The notes under the pieces were generated by a model that worked only from the letters and a program-made list of their open reading frames with translations, made no database searches and was not told where the DNA came from. Of a DNA stretch of 64,000 nt, positions 26,844 to 48,856 are shown one piece after another (within the stretch, counting starts at the first letter, position 1; the number at the start of each line of letters is the position of its first letter). Source of the stretch: the human T2T-CHM13v2.0 reference genome, Homo sapiens; assembly GCF_009914755.1 (NCBI RefSeq), contig NC_060930.1; one strand, written 5' to 3'. The position numbers and the translations under genes were made by a program.

Positions 26844-27744
26844 GTGAGCCCCCTCTTTGCCTTCCTCTCTGTCCCTCCTCAGTCTGCCGAAGCCCATCCC
26901 CTCACTCTGGACCTCCCTGGGTACTGATGGGCTGCAGGGAGGCAGGACAAGAGATATTTAGGGACCTCTGGGGAGGGTCCCTCTGGGGAGGGGACCTCTG
27001 GGGAGGGGACCCTATATAGAGGGTCCCCACTATACTCTTCCCATTGTACTCTTCCTCCCAGCCACCTTGCTCTGGGGCTCCTATGTCCTCCTGCCCTGGA
27101 GCCCACAGTGTTGATAGGGAGGCTGCCCCTCTTAGAGGTATAGAGAAATGAGAACAAACTGGATGGACATCCATAGAAGGTGGGGTTAGGGTAGCCAGTG
27201 TGTGTGATGTGATATGCAATGATGTCATATGGGTAACAGTGTGAGGTCCTGTCCTGTCCTTCTTGCCCTCAGGATGCCTGCCCTAGTTCAATAGGACTCA
27301 GGGTGTCTCAAGTTCACTCACAGCTCACGCTTATCAGTGGGCTCAGGATAGGACCCAAGGCCTCTTCCCAGGGTATTTACCCCCAGCCCTCCCATGATCA
27401 AGGCTGGAGCCAAAGGACTCATGTTTTGAGGGGAAAATTCCAGCTTCATCTAGAAGCATGTGCATGTGTGCATGTACGTGGTGGGGGAAGGTCCATGACT
27501 TTTGAGTCAGGGGGGTCTCCTTGATCTAGAGCTGGCCCCAAGTATCTCACAGGCACTCCTTCATTAGGGAGATAAACCACACCTATGTGGAACACAGGGA
27601 GCCCATGGCAGGAGGCCTGAGCTCGGGAAGGAAGTAACCAGGGTAAGCAGGGACAATCCTGGGATGCTTCATGGAAGAAGTGGAAGCTGAACTCAACTTG
27701 GGGAATGTCTCTATCTATATAACTGAAAAGGCTCTGGAGGTTGA

Positions 27745-33829
<6,085 letters not shown>

Positions 33830-33830
<1 letters not shown>

Positions 33831-34000
33831 TACATGGAGGATAGATGGCTGATAGAAGAAAGGATGGATAAACAGGTGAGTGAATGAAAGGATGGGCAGA
33901 TGGAGGGAAGGAAGGGTGGCTAGATGGGAAAATGCAAGGAGGAATGGATGAGTGGCTAGAAGGACATGTAGATGGATGGTGGAAGGATGGATGGATGGAA
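33830..34000 (+). repeat. Degenerate (GGAT)n low-complexity tract
   Basis: GGATGGATGGATGG-type repeats; a related tract at ~33460-33530 lies on the other side of an Alu. Confidence 0.8.
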
Positions 34001-34092
34001 AGACAGAAATGTAGAACCCTAGCCTACAACACAATGCTGGCCTGGGAGGCCAAAAGCTGGTCTAGCACCCACAGGTACATGCTCTCTTGCAG

Positions 34093-34413
34093 GTGTGGGC
34101 GGCACACCCTTTCCTTCTCTGGCCCCACCAATCATGCTGCTGGTGGATGGAAAGCAGCAGATGGTGGTGGTCTGCCTGGTCCTTGATGTTGCACCCCCTG
34201 GCCTTGACAGCCCCATCTGGTTCTCAGCCGGCAATGGCAGTGCACTGGATGCCTTCACCTATGGCCCTTCCCCAGCAACGGATGGCACCTGGACCAACTT
34301 GGCCCATCTCTCCCTGCCTTCTGAGGAGCTGGCATCCTGGGAGCCTTTGGTCTGCCACACTGGGCCTGGGGCTGAGGGTCACAGCAGGAGTACACAGCCC
34401 ATGCATCTGTCAG
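34093..34413 (+). CDS. PTCRA: PTCRA exon 2 (Ig-like domain)
   Basis: Acceptor TCTCTTGCAG; VGGTPFPSLAPPIMLLVDGKQQMVVVCLVLD...LVCHTG...PMHLS; donor CAG|GTGGGG; 321 nt. Confidence 0.96.
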
Positions 34414-35294
34414 GTGGGGATGGAGCCTGGGCCCTTGCGGATGCTCCCTGTCCCCTTCCACACACCAGGATATGGTTGGAGGGAGGGCAGGCTCCAGGCC
34501 ACAAAGGCATGAAGGGTGTCCAAGCGCAGAGCCTCTGGGTGAGGTGACACCTGGGCTCAGGGGAGAGTGGCCTCAGGGCCATGAATTTTGGGATTTGCCA
34601 CTGCAATATCTGTTTGAAATCCAGGCTTTGCAGCATGGCTTCCAAGGATAAAAATGCCTCCTTCCACCTAGGATTCATTATACACACATAGATAATCACC
34701 CTGTGTACATGACACCCTATAAGGACCAAACTAATTAACAAATCACTACCAGTTATTGAGTGTTTACTCTGTTCCAGGCAGTGTTCTACAGACTTCACAT
34801 TTATGAGACAGGTCATATAATTCCCTCAATTTTACAGGCACAGGGAGGTTAAGCAACATGTCTAAAGCCAGCTATTTTTGTTTCCCCCTCCATTGTATTT
34901 TGAAACAGTCAGCTATTATTATCACTGACCAGATGACTTACTTCCTCTCTAGGGATTATCTCAATTTTGTCATCTTTCAAATGGGAATGTTTGTTAACTA
35001 AGTGCCCTGACTTCCAAAGAATGCTGCGAAGACAGTCAGTTCCTTATCTGAGAGTTCCGGGCTCCCCAGCCTCCCCAGGGCACAGAACAGGGGACACTGC
35101 AAAGTGAGGGATGTTTGGGTCTTCAGAGGACTTGCAGCAAATGGGCTCAGGGTTTCTGCTGCTGGCTCACTTGTCCATTTACCCCAAATGCCTCGACACC
35201 CACCCTGTGCCAGGGCCTGGGCATAGCACTGGGGATGCCCTCCAGAGTGCATGGCCCATCCCCAAAGACTCATTCGCTTCTCCCTGGACAACAG

Positions 35295-35339
35295 GAGAGG
35301 CTTCTACAGCCAGGACCTGCCCCCAGGAGCCTCTCAGGG
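35295..35339 (+). CDS. PTCRA: PTCRA exon 3 (connecting peptide with interchain Cys)
   Basis: ACAG|GAGAGG...; GEASTARTCPQEPLR; donor G|GTGAGT; 45 nt. Confidence 0.93.
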
Positions 35340-35926
35340 GTGAGTACTCCGGGCAAGGGGTGGGGAATAAGAGGCTGGGACCAGGACCTTGGGCCCGGGG
35401 GGTGGGGCCTTCAGCTCTGGCCTAATGGGTCTTACACTGGAGGTCAGTAGGTGTCCCATGTAGAGGCTGTCATGCTAGGTTGGGGCACTGGCTAGCATGG
35501 GCCTCAGTCTACCTAGCATAAGATGGGGGTGAATCCTTTGACCCCAGCCTAATTCCTGGACATTAGTTGAGAAGCACAGGTGACAGCTAACAGAGGGGTC
35601 TTTGGAGTCCTCCTTGGGCAGCCCAGGCAGGGGGGTCTCAGCATTAGAGGCCGTGTAAATGGGAGGCTGTCTGGGGTGATGGAAAGAGCCTGGACGGACA
35701 GTCATGAAGTTGGGCTGTGGTCCAACTCTGCTTCCCGACCAAATAGAGAATTTTGAGGCCGGGTGCGGTGGCTCACACCTGTAATCCCAGCACTTTGGGA
35801 GGCCGAGGTGGGTGGATCACGAGGTCAGGAGTTCGAGACCAGCCTGGCCAACATGGTGAAACCCCGTCTCTACTAAAAATACAAAAATTAGCCGAGCGTG
35901 ATGGCACACGCCTGTAGTCCCAGCTA

Positions 35927-36058
<132 letters not shown>

Positions 36059-36325
36059 CTAGTTACTCTCTGCATCAGATGCTAATTAATTCCTGCGTGG
36101 CCCCCACCCCTACCCCCATGATTGTTGGGGAATAAAATAAAATGAAGGCCAGGAAGGTATTTATTATTACCAGTAAGAACGGAGGCTAGACACCGGGAAG
36201 GACTTTCCCTGGAGGAGGGGGTGAAGGGGACGGGCAAGGGCAGAGGACAAGGCCCTCTCCGCCGTTCTCTCCTGGGGTAGGGGGCTGCGGGCTCCTGCGG
36301 GCTCCTGAGCGGTTCCTCCTCGCAG

Positions 36326-36747
36326 GGACACCGGGTGGGGCGCTGTGGCTGGGGGTCCTGCGGCTGCTGCTCTTCAAGCTGCTGCTGTTTGACCTGCTCC
36401 TGACCTGCAGCTGCCTGTGCGACCCCGCGGGCCCGCTGCCTTCCCCCGCAACCACCACCCGCCTGCGAGCCCTCGGCTCCCATCGACTGCACCCGGCCAC
36501 GGAGACTGGGGGACGAGAGGCCACCAGCTCACCCAGACCCCAGCCTCGGGACCGCCGCTGGGGTGACACCCCTCCGGGTCGGAAGCCCGGGAGCCCAGTA
36601 TGGGGGGAAGGGTCTTACCTCAGCAGTTACCCCACTTGCCCAGCACAGGCCTGGTGCTCAAGATCTGCCCTCAGGGCTCCTTCCTCCAGTCTTGGAGCAT
36701 TTTTTGCAGGTGACCTGCCTCCTCCTCTGCAGGCTGGAGCTGCCTGA
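36326..36747 (+). CDS. PTCRA: PTCRA exon 4 (TM with R/K, Pro-rich tail); spliced CDS 846 nt = 281 aa
   Basis: CGCAG|GG; GALWLGVLRLLLFKLLLFDLLLTCSC...PPLQAGAA*; exon lengths 58+321+45+422 sum in frame. Confidence 0.95.
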
Positions 36748-36873
36748 GGGCAGGGCTCTACCTCCCCTGCGTCACACTGTGTGAGGCTGTGTCTCTGCCA
36801 TCCAAAAGGGGGCCCCTTGAGAATGGTGATCCACCCAGTTACAGGGGCATTTAGGGAGCAGATGACTGAGAAC

Positions 36874-36879
36874 ATTAAA
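36874..36879 (+). terminator. PTCRA poly(A) signal ATTAAA
   Basis: Common variant hexamer ~130 nt after the stop. Confidence 0.75.
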
Positions 36880-38023
36880 AAAGAACTTAAATGACACAGC
36901 AAATGAAAAATATTTGAATTCATGTCTATCCTGGGAGGAAGGAATTTGGCAGAGTTAGAAGTAGGAAAAATCCAGGAAAGCTCCCTTGAGGAAGAGGGCT
37001 TCCTGAGACAGAACTTGGGAACTGCAGAGTGGGACTGGTGGCTGGGAAGGCGGCTGTCTCCTCCCCCAACAGCAAGCGGGGAGGCCCCCTCTTCTCCTCA
37101 CCCTGGCCCAACCTCTGTGAGAGGTCAGGGCAGAGAGCCCAGGAACCCAGGAAGGTGGGTGGTGGGTCTGATGTGAACTCTCGTACAGAGGTGAACAGGG
37201 CCAGGGTTTCTGGGGAACAGGATCGTTTTCAATAACAAGAGTATGAGATATTAATTCCAAACTTACAGTTTATTAATCAATTAAGAGTCATTATTCATTT
37301 GACAAATATTCTTTAAGTATCAACCCTGAGCCAGGTACTAAAGAGGTTTGGCTTTTTTGGTCTGGTTGTTACATAAAGAAGATTCTTGTATTGATCAAGT
37401 ATGAGGCTTCCACAGTAGAGCATAACGTGTGCGTCCCCTGCTTGCCCAGCGCTGGCAGGAAATCCAGACTTTCCCAAGGGTTCTCTGCTAGTAATCACTC
37501 CAAGAGACTCTGGGTGCTGTCATGTAAATCCACCTGTCCCTTGGGCCCCATAGGATAGTCTGCTGGATCAACTTTAGTCTTCCTTCCCCCAGGGAGGGGA
37601 TGGGGAACTATGCCCCAGCACCCCAACACATGGTTTCAAGGACACCCTCAGCTCCCCTGAGCCTCTGTGCTCTCTCAGCTACTGTTCCATAAAAACTCTC
37701 ACTGCCTCCTCCACTGCTCATCTCTCACCAGCCTGAAAGGAGATTCTCCCACTTGTTTTGGGGATTCTTGGGTGCTGGTGGCTGGGGTGGGAGGGTCCCA
37801 TAGCTTCTACGGATGAATCTGTCCACCATCCCCACAAGGCATGTTCCTTCTCTGACACACAGACTGAGGGAGGGTGTGGGCAGGGGCCCAACTATAGCCT
37901 CAGACTTTCTCTGGCCACTATCCCTTCCTAGCTGTCCGGCCAGATGCTGAGCCCAGGCTTCTCAATCTCCACTGTCAGGCTGGCTTAATCTTATTTCCCA
38001 GGAGGGCTTCTGAGCCGAGGTGA

Positions 38024-39640
<1,617 letters not shown>

Positions 39641-40638
39641 GTGTTCCCCTTAATGACACAGCAGATGAGAGTTTTACTGAGTATCTCCTTGTGCCAGGCA
39701 CCCTGTTGTTGCTGGGGAAGCGGAAGGGAGAGACAATCGTTAATCGGCTAAATTTCTGCCTTCTGAGAGCTCAGAATCAAGAAATAAATAATAGGGCAGT
39801 AAAAGGGGCTGGGATTACATACAAAAAGAAAATTAATGCCTGAACTTTTTACAATCTGCTCGATAAGCTTTAATTCTATTAACCTATTTGAGCTTCCCAA
39901 CAACAGGCAAGCTCCCACAGCAGCTAGGAGGATCACTTTGTCGTCATACAAATAGAAACAGGCTCAGAGAGGAAGTCATTTGTTCTAGTTCTCACTAGGA
40001 CAAATCTACTGGCTACTAAAAAAGTGTGAAGGCTGGGGACAGTTTGAGTCGTCCTGCTTGCACCTTAAGCGCCTACAAGAGTGCCCGGCTATAACAACCA
40101 CAATACCAATAATAAAATTTAAAAACAGATGTTCAGTAAGGACTTGCGGCATTAGGACCCCAGGAGGGAAGTGACGTTCGAGGAGGCGGAGAAAGCCGCG
40201 AAGACGGCCTTCCCCACATCTTCCAGCACCTGCGCGCCTGAATCCGTCCCACCCAGGCCCAGACGCAGGCTTCTTCTCCTCGGGTCTTGGTCCTGCATCC
40301 TCTCTCTCCCAGAGCCTCCGTTAGGGGGTGGGAAAGGACTTTGCCATAGGTCGCTGAGGCCACCATCTGCTCTCTTACTGGCCAAGGGCGTAAAAAGATA
40401 GTCCTCCCATTAGCTAGAGAGCAAACCCCAGAAAGCCTATTGGCTGCGCCGTCCGCGGGCCTTGGTCCGCTTTGAAGGCGGGCTGCGGCTGCGAGAGGAG
40501 GGCGGGCGGGAGGCTAGCTGTTGTCGTGGTTGCTCGGAGGCACGTGTGCAGTCCCGGAAGCGGCGAGGGGAAACTGCTCCGCGCGCGCCGCGGGAGGAGG
40601 AACCGCCCGGTCCTTTAGGGTCCGGGCCCGGCCGGGCC

Positions 40639-40683
40639 ATGGATTCAATGCCTGAGCCCGCGTCCCGCTGTCTTCTGCTTCTT

Positions 40684-40714
<31 letters not shown>

Positions 40715-40789
40715 CGGCCCCGGAGCTGGGCCCGAGCCAGGCCGGAGCTGAGGAGAACGACTGGGTTCGCCTGCCCAGCAAATGCGAAG
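40639..40789 (+). CDS. CNPY3: CNPY3 (PRAT4A) exon 1, signal peptide
   Basis: GCC ATG G; [31 protein letters not shown]...LPSKCE; donor G|GTGAGG; 151 nt. Confidence 0.96.
40690..40713 (+). repeat. Coding (CTG)8 repeat (poly-Leu of the signal peptide)
   Basis: Eight uninterrupted CTG codons after a TTG. Confidence 0.95.
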
Positions 40790-41888
40790 GTGAGGAGGCG
40801 GGGCCCGTGGGGCGTATCCTGCCGGAGGGGCTGGCTCCAGCGGTGGTGCTTGCGGAGCAGCGTCGGGGGTTGCAAGGTTCCGAGCTCTGCAGGGTGTCTT
40901 CCTTCCTTGAACAGGCTTGCGCCGGGACGCTGCGGCGGACGAGAGATCTGGTCCCGGTACCCCTGGAGTTCACACATTGGTAGAAACAAGCAATGATAAT
41001 TCAGAGTAGTAGATGCCATGATAGGGGAGGTACAGAGCTTCCTTTTGGGGGCCGGACGAGGAGCATCTGGTCTAGCCTGGAGTGGGGGAGGGGGTGGGCG
41101 AAGGCTGTGTGCAGAGGGGAGTCAAAGAGGGCTTCATACAGGAAGCACGAAGAGGCATTAGGAGTTAGCCGGATGAAGAGAAGTGGAAAGAGAGGGGCCC
41201 ACTCAGGAAACTACAGAGGCAGAGGCCTGCCGGCTGAGAAGCTAAGAACGAGTTTGAGGAACTGAAAAGCTCCAGATGACTCATCTTGGGGGAAAAAAAC
41301 CTAAGACTTTCCCCTTTTGCCCTCACTGCAACCCAATCTGTGTAGTTGTCTGTTGCACCCACTAACAACTCCTCGAAGGCAGGAATTTTTGTCTTAGATA
41401 CGTATTCACACAGTGTCTGGTAGGCACTCAATAAATGTTTTGAGAATACAGATGATTAAATGGGAGACTGTGGGTGTATGTGAGGAGGAGGATCTGGATC
41501 TGAGGAGCCCTTTGGGGGAACAATAGAGCCTATGGGGAACTTGAAAGAAGATTTTAGGACTTTGGAGAAAAGGTGAGTCCCAAAGACATAGGCGTTGAGG
41601 AACTACAGAGAGAGAGAGAGAGGGAGCTACCAGCGAGCCAGGACTATAAAGGACCTATTTCTTTTTCCTCAACTCCGTCCCTTAGTTTTCTCCTCAGACC
41701 TTACAGTCATGCCTGCCTTCCTAGCCCCGTAACCCCAGGGCCCCCAGAAAGTTGGCTGTGAATCTCTCATCTGAATTGAAAGCCTACATCAGGCCAGATG
41801 TTCCCTAAACACTGGAAAGTGGGTTTGGGGTAAGTTTCGGACACATAATCCTTCCATTAGAGAGATTAAAAGGATGCTTTAGAGATAA

Positions 41889-42176
<288 letters not shown>

Positions 42177-42384
42177 TGAACTCCTGACCTCAAGTGATCC
42201 ACCTGCCTTGGGCTCCCACAGTGCTGGGCTTATAGGCGTGAGCCTCTGCTCCTGGCCGCCCTTTCACTTTTCGCTCTTCCTCTAGTCCTGATAGCTTTTT
42301 TTTTTTTTTTGAGATGGAGTTTCGCTCTTATTGCCCAGGCTGGAATGCAGTGGCGCGATCTTGGCTCACCGCAACCTCCAGTGA

Positions 42385-42732
<348 letters not shown>

Positions 42733-42735
42733 TAA

Positions 42736-42919
<184 letters not shown>

Positions 42920-44936
42920 TAGCTGGGATTACAGGCACCTGCCATCATGCCCGGGTAATTTTTGTATTTTTGTAGAGACTGGGTTTCACCATGTTGGCCA
43001 GGTTGGTCTTGAACTCCTGACCTCAGGTGATCCTCCCACCTCAGCCTTCCAAATTGCTGGGATTACAGGCATGAGCCTCCGTGCCCAGCCTGTATTCTGT
43101 CTTATTCTGATATCAAAGAGCCCATACTCTCCCTCTTATTATTCTCATAGCCTAAGGAGCTCACATTTATTCTCCTTAGGCAACATTCACAGACTCACGG
43201 AAGCATAGAGATGCCCAGGATCTCTATATCTCTATATCTAGAGATCATTCTAGTCTACCCTCATTTGGTAACTGATGAAGATTAATTGAAAAGGGATTTG
43301 CAGTCACAGGATGGCTTGGCAAACTCCAACCGTTAGGTTCATCTTAATAGTATATTTGTTTGTATTATTATTACACCTTTGTTATTAAATGCTGACTGTG
43401 TCTAGCCCACCAAGCCTGCCTCCTGGCTCAGTAGCCTGAGTGGAACAGGCCTCGGCACAGAGGAAGGAGAACCTGCCCGGAAAAAAAGAGTGGGTGGATG
43501 TCAGTGAGGGTCTGGTGTCTGTGCCGTGAATCTCCTGTGAGTCTGGTTCTGGGTGGGATCCGCAGAGGAGGTCTTGAAGAGGTAATGTTTGGAAGAGCTG
43601 GAAAGCAAGGCTGTGGTTGATGGGTATGAGAGAGAAAGGATGTTCCAAACCTCCCCTTTCCCCACTCCTGGGGAGGGCGTGGGAGGAGGGGCAAGTGGTG
43701 CTAGAAAAATGATGTGCCTGCACAGAGTACAGGACAGAAGAGGGGAGGGAGCCCAGATGGTCCTGGATGGAGAGCTGGGGAGGTGAGACATCCCCAGTTC
43801 ATTGCAGACTTGAAGATCACCAGCTTATTACTTGGAATTTGTATGTGTTTCAAATTCTCCAAGCCATTGATTAATTTCACCAAGCAGGCCTCCAGGGGAT
43901 GTATTTATTTTTGTGGTAAATTGGTATTCTAGCAGACTGTGCTGTCAGTGTTAAAACTGCTGATGGCATTTAGCCTTCAGACTGGTATTCCATTCAGAGG
44001 CATCAGAAGACGGTCTCTATCAACAAGATTTATCGAGCGTCCAGCATATATTAAGTCCCAGGCTAAGGAAATACGAAAAAATCTAATACATAATGCACAT
44101 TTTGGGGACCCTTGTGGTCTATGTGGAGAGACACATCAAATGACTGAGGGTCCTTAGGGAGAGCATGGATCCTGCAGAGGCCCAGAGTGAAATCTAGAGC
44201 AATTGGCATTAGTGCAGAATGGCTTCCTGGGGGAGAGGCTTATAATGCGAGGTGGGCAGGATGGGCAGAGAAGCCCTTAGAAGGCATTATTTTCCTAGGG
44301 CCTCAGGCACTTCACACCCTCGGTGGTAGCACTGTAGCACTCTATACAGTGGTAGTTATTTGTCTACACCTTTATCTGCTGCATTAGACTGAGTATCTGG
44401 AAGGGAGGGGACCTTGTTTTCATCTCTGTATCCCCAGGCTGACACGTAGGAGTTGCCTAATACCTATTTGAGGAAGGGTAAGAGGAAATGAGGAAATAAA
44501 TGTGCGGAGACAGTAGGAACAAGAGCTCTCTGGAGGGCATGGAGCAAATTAACTTGGTAGAAATAGAGCTGATGTTGGAACACATATGAAATCAAGTAAT
44601 CTAACAACCATAAAAGATGTTTTGGGGACAATTAAGGAAATTTGAATATGGACTACTGGGTGATGTTGGAATTGTTAATTTTCCAAGTATCATAATTGTT
44701 CTATGGTTATGTAGGAGGAGGTCTTTTTTCTCAGGAGATACATGATGATATATTTATCTCAAAAGGTCATGTTTGCCACTTACTTTCAAGATGGTGTAGC
44801 AAAAGAAATGTATATATTGTTGAGATATTATAATTATATATTGAAGAGAGAATGTGGCAAACTATTAACAACTGTTGAATACAAGTGGAAGGTATTCATT
44901 GTGTTCTTTCAGCTTTTCTGTATGTATGCAATTTTA

Positions 44937-45041
<105 letters not shown>

Positions 45042-45538
45042 CTACCCAACAAGATGAAACCTGTCTCTACTAAAAATACAGAATTAGCCGTGCATGGTGG
45101 TGCATGCCTGTAATCCCAGCTACTTGGGAGGCTGAGGCAGGAGAATCGCTTGAACCCAGGAGCTGAGATCTCATCATTGTACTCTAGCCTGGGCAACAAG
45201 AGCGAAACTCCATCTCAAAAAAAAAAAAGGAATACGAAGAACAATTGCTTAAGGGCAGGATTTACAGTAAGTACATGCTCTTACACAAGAAACAGTAGAT
45301 AAAATAGAAATCCTAGAGGCATTCCTGAAACTGGGGTTAATCAGAAGTCAACATGGCACATTAGCATCCAAGATGGAGTTGCTTTAGCCTCCACAGGTTC
45401 TAACTCCTTCCCTGCCTTGAGTGCTGATTTTGGTCCTCCAGTCTAGGAAAGGATGCCCACCTGGATCTGTTTTGCTGGGAGCTGGCCTCCCATTAGACTC
45501 ATGTGCACTCAGTGGGCTGTGCTACCTCCCTCCCCCAG

Positions 45539-45662
45539 TGTGTAAATATGTTGCTGTGGAGCTGAAGTCAGCCTTTGAGGAAACCGGCAAGACCAAGGAG
45601 GTGATTGGCACGGGCTATGGCATCCTGGACCAGAAGGCCTCTGGAGTCAAATACACCAAGTC
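45539..45662 (+). CDS. CNPY3: CNPY3 exon 2
   Basis: CCCCAG|TG; [42 protein letters not shown]; donor TC|GTAAGT; 124 nt. Confidence 0.96.
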
Positions 45663-45839
45663 GTAAGTGAATGGGGACTCACTGGCCTGGCCTGCGTTGC
45701 TGCTGGAGGCTTCAGGGGTTTGGAGTTCCCTTCTCCTAGCTAGGCAAACCCCCTACAAGGGCATCATTTGTAACCAAGACCTGAGTTTGCCCACTGATTC
45801 TGTCCCCAGCTAATTGGGTGACGTGCATAAATCTCTTAA

Positions 45840-46168
<329 letters not shown>

Positions 46169-46637
46169 TGATCCGCCTGCCTCGGCCTCCCAAAGTGCTG
46201 GGATTACAGGTGTGAGCCACCACACCCGGCCACAGTGCAATTTTTTAAAACATTAGTAACAGGATTACCAGCTTTTTATTTTGCTAGGTACAAATATAGT
46301 TTTTAAAAACCCAATTCTGTCAGCTGTGATCATCCTTTCAAAGAGAATGATATTTTACTATCAAAATTTAATAATTTTGCTTTATCAAAAAATCTAAATA
46401 CTGAATCATTTAGCTTTATAAAAAATTCCTTCCCTTAGAGCTGTTAAAATTTTGTCTCTCTGGTCTGTGTTCCAGCATTTCAGATCCCCCAGACCAGATG
46501 ACCTATCTTCCTTCCAGCTCTGAGTCACTTCCCATTGGTGAGATGTGCAGGTGTTGGGGCACAGGGCTGGAGGGACAGACCACTAACCCACTGCGGCTAG
46601 GAGGGGAACTCAGTTCCTCATCCTCCTGTCTTGGCAG

Positions 46638-46734
46638 GGACTTGCGGTTAATCGAAGTCACTGAGACCATTTGCAAGAGGCTCCTGGATTATAGCCTGCA
46701 CAAGGAGAGGACCGGCAGCAATCGATTTGCCAAG
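46638..46734 (+). CDS. CNPY3: CNPY3 exon 3
   Basis: GGCAG|G; [32 protein letters not shown]; donor AAG|GTTGGA; 97 nt. Confidence 0.95.
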
Positions 46735-47160
46735 GTTGGATTCGGGATTGTCCTTCATCCGCTCTGGGGTCAGGCCTGCATGTATCTTAGTGTGTCTGCT
46801 GGTGTGAGTGTGATTTGAAGATGACCACCTGGGATCTTCCTTCATTGCCTCTTCCCATTCTTTGATTGCCGTTTGTGCTCCTCCCCTCTTGAGTGGCCTC
46901 ATTTTTCAGGCACATGCATGAGGGTCTGGGCCTGTTCATGAGGGTCCTGCTTCAATCTCAGACACAGGCAGAAATGCTCCACAGTTGCTGCCCCCGTGGG
47001 AACCTAAAGACACTAGAACGGGGAGAACTCAGCAAGATCCACGATGTGCAGAAAGGTGGGGGTTTAGGCGAGGTGTCAGAGGACACCTCGGTGGGAGTGA
47101 CTGCCCAGTCCCATCTCTGGGTCCACACAGCACCTCCCACAACCCCGCTGGGATGCCCTT

Positions 47161-47312
47161 GTGATGGCCCATGTACTCAGTATGTGTACGAGTGCTTTTC
47201 TCTCTGGAGAATGAGCTGCTTACAACAAGGCCCATAGTGATGGCCCATGTACTCAGTATGTGTACGAGTGCTTTTCTCTCTGGAGAATGAGCTGCTTACA
47301 ACAAGGCCCATA
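47161..47312 (+). repeat. Perfect 2 x 76-bp tandem duplication
   Basis: 47161-47236 is identical to 47237-47312. Confidence 0.95.
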
Positions 47313-47642
47313 GTTCTTACTCTCTACATCTTCAGTGCCTGGCACAGGGTAAGATAGTTGCCACCCACATTTTTCTACCTAAGTTTCCTTCTAGCAAAGG
47401 ATACCATTCATAAACTCCTGGGATACCTAAGGGAATAGTCTCAAGCAGCAGAAATTTGTATGAATTTTGCACTCAGTAATAAATCTGTGTTTGCTTTAAT
47501 AAAAAGTGTTTAAGAATTATTTTTCATAGCAGGAAAAAAATGAGAAACAATCTAACTCTACCAATAGGGGATTAAATACGTTGATCCAGCCGTTTGGTGG
47601 ACTAGTATGCGGCTGGAAACGAAGCATGGGGAGGCTCTTTAG

Positions 47643-47855
<213 letters not shown>

Positions 47856-48453
47856 TAGTAGAAACGGGGTTTCACCATGCTGGCCAGGGGGTCTCGAACT
47901 CCTGACCTCAGGTGATCAGCCCACCTTGGCCTCTCAAAGTGCTGGGATTACAGGCATGAGCCACTGCACCCAGCCCTTCAAGGTATAAGTAAAAAGGGCA
48001 AGTGCAAAATAGTGTGTATGCTATACCACTGCTTGTGTAAAAAGGCGGGGGGAGGATATATTTAGATATTGGTATTTGTATGAGTTATCTCTGGGAAAAT
48101 AGAGGAAATGGATAGTATGTTTTCTCTGGGGATAAGACCTAGGCAGCTAGCAGAGATAGTTTTTACAGAATAAAGGGTCTACCTGCCTCAGCTATGCCTT
48201 TTTCCCACTGAGGAAAGACACAACCCAGGAAGAACGGAACAGCAGGTCTGGATGATATGGGAGTGTTTCCAGCCATAGTGAGGGGAAAGAGCTAAGACAA
48301 ACCTATTTCCTGGAAAAGAAGCATAAAGCCAAAGGGCCTGAGGGCAGCCGCAGGTCTTTTTGAAGCGATGAGGTGTGCAGAGGCAGATCAGGGGGTATAT
48401 GTGCAGGGGTTGTGGGAAGCAGGCCTAAAAGAGGGAAGAGGAAGGTCAGGTCA

Positions 48454-48720
<267 letters not shown>

Positions 48721-48856
48721 TCAAAAAAAAAAGGATGAGGATCCTTAGAGGGCGTTGAGCATTGGTCTTATAGCTGGGTTCTTAGCCACCACTGGGAGAC
48801 GAGGGTGGGAGGGAGAGAAGGGAGCTCCGCCTGCCATATCTGGTCGCTTCTTCCAG

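Larger units (their letters stand above)
40140..40960 (+). promoter_or_regulatory. CNPY3 CpG-island promoter
   Basis: ETS-CRE composite GGAAGTGACGT 40167; reverse CCAAT 40439; GC boxes ~40500; CACGTG 40521; ETS CCGGAAG 40534. Confidence 0.8.

Noticed and set aside
40420-40460. ER-stress element (ERSE) in the CNPY3 promoter
   Set aside because: ATTGG is present but no CCACG/CGTGG at ERSE-I or ERSE-II spacing
40437-40973. Antisense 178-aa ORF and 59-codon in-frame upstream extension at CNPY3 exon 1
   Set aside because: Expected in stop-poor GC-rich DNA; no ATG for the extension and no recognisable domain
43406-43581. Possible cassette exon in CNPY3 intron 1
   Set aside because: AG and GT sites exist, but the pyrimidine tract is poor and the lengths (131 or 176 nt) break frame; unsupported without RNA data
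47161-47312. CRISPR-like or VNTR array
   Set aside because: Only two abutting copies with no spacers, in eukaryotic DNA
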